Assembly (NCBI RefSeq): GCF_006345805.1
Contig: NC_042997.1
Coordinates: 81,840,001-81,904,000 of the forward strand
Source of the DNA: Octopus sinensis
Taxonomy: Eukaryota
Direction: 5' to 3'
Length of the DNA: 64,000 nucleotides
The notes beneath the pieces were generated by a model that worked only from the letters and a program-made list of their open reading frames with translations, was not told where the DNA came from and made no database searches. This document shows positions 63,773 through 64,000 of the stretch, piece after piece; position 1 is the first letter of the stretch; every line of letters starts with the position of its first letter. A program made the translations under genes and the position numbers.

Positions 63773-63780
63773 CATTGTCA
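63448..63780. repeat. Imperfect (TTA)n array
   Basis: Direct reading. Confidence 0.95.
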
Positions 63781-64000
63781 TTTACTTTTAATCTGCATGT
63801 TTGATGCAATCACCTGCCGGGGCACACCCAGCGCCCTAGGGCAAGTGAAGGTTAAGTGTTGTTGAAATATAGCTGAAAGCTTGGGGAGGGGAAGTAGAGA
63901 TATATCTCCATGTAATGCAAACACAAACATTTACATTGATAGGGTTTTTCTAAGGATGTGGGCAGTACTTGTTAGCACAATCTTTTGGATTTCCTTGAGA

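Overview
This is AT-rich, microsatellite-saturated animal genomic DNA, with one 100-N scaffold gap at 33985-34084. The SINE families resemble octopus/cephalopod repeats; that assignment is from recall, not a search. I found no host gene, rRNA, tRNA gene or CRISPR array. The window is almost entirely nested mobile-element remnants: at least six R4/Dong-type RLE LINE pieces, most tied to (TAA)n tracts; RTE, CR1 and three Tx1/L1-clade LINEs; one Gypsy (Mag-like) LTR element; a Penelope-like element and pLTR-like pieces; Helitrons (one keeps a PIF1 fragment); mariner and DD41D transposons; and tRNA-derived SINEs. The most notable structure is at 46007-51079. A small element with a ~352-bp repeat unit carries a type I hammerhead ribozyme and looks like a retrozyme. 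It is split by a full-length Tx1-like LINE inserted directly upstream of the ribozyme, with a ~20-bp target duplication. That LINE lacks its endonuclease domain, and its ORF1 tail runs in frame into the RT. Other hammerhead and hammerhead-like motifs lie at 51830, 36458 and 45442. Boundaries were read by eye and are approximate unless tied to a quoted motif.
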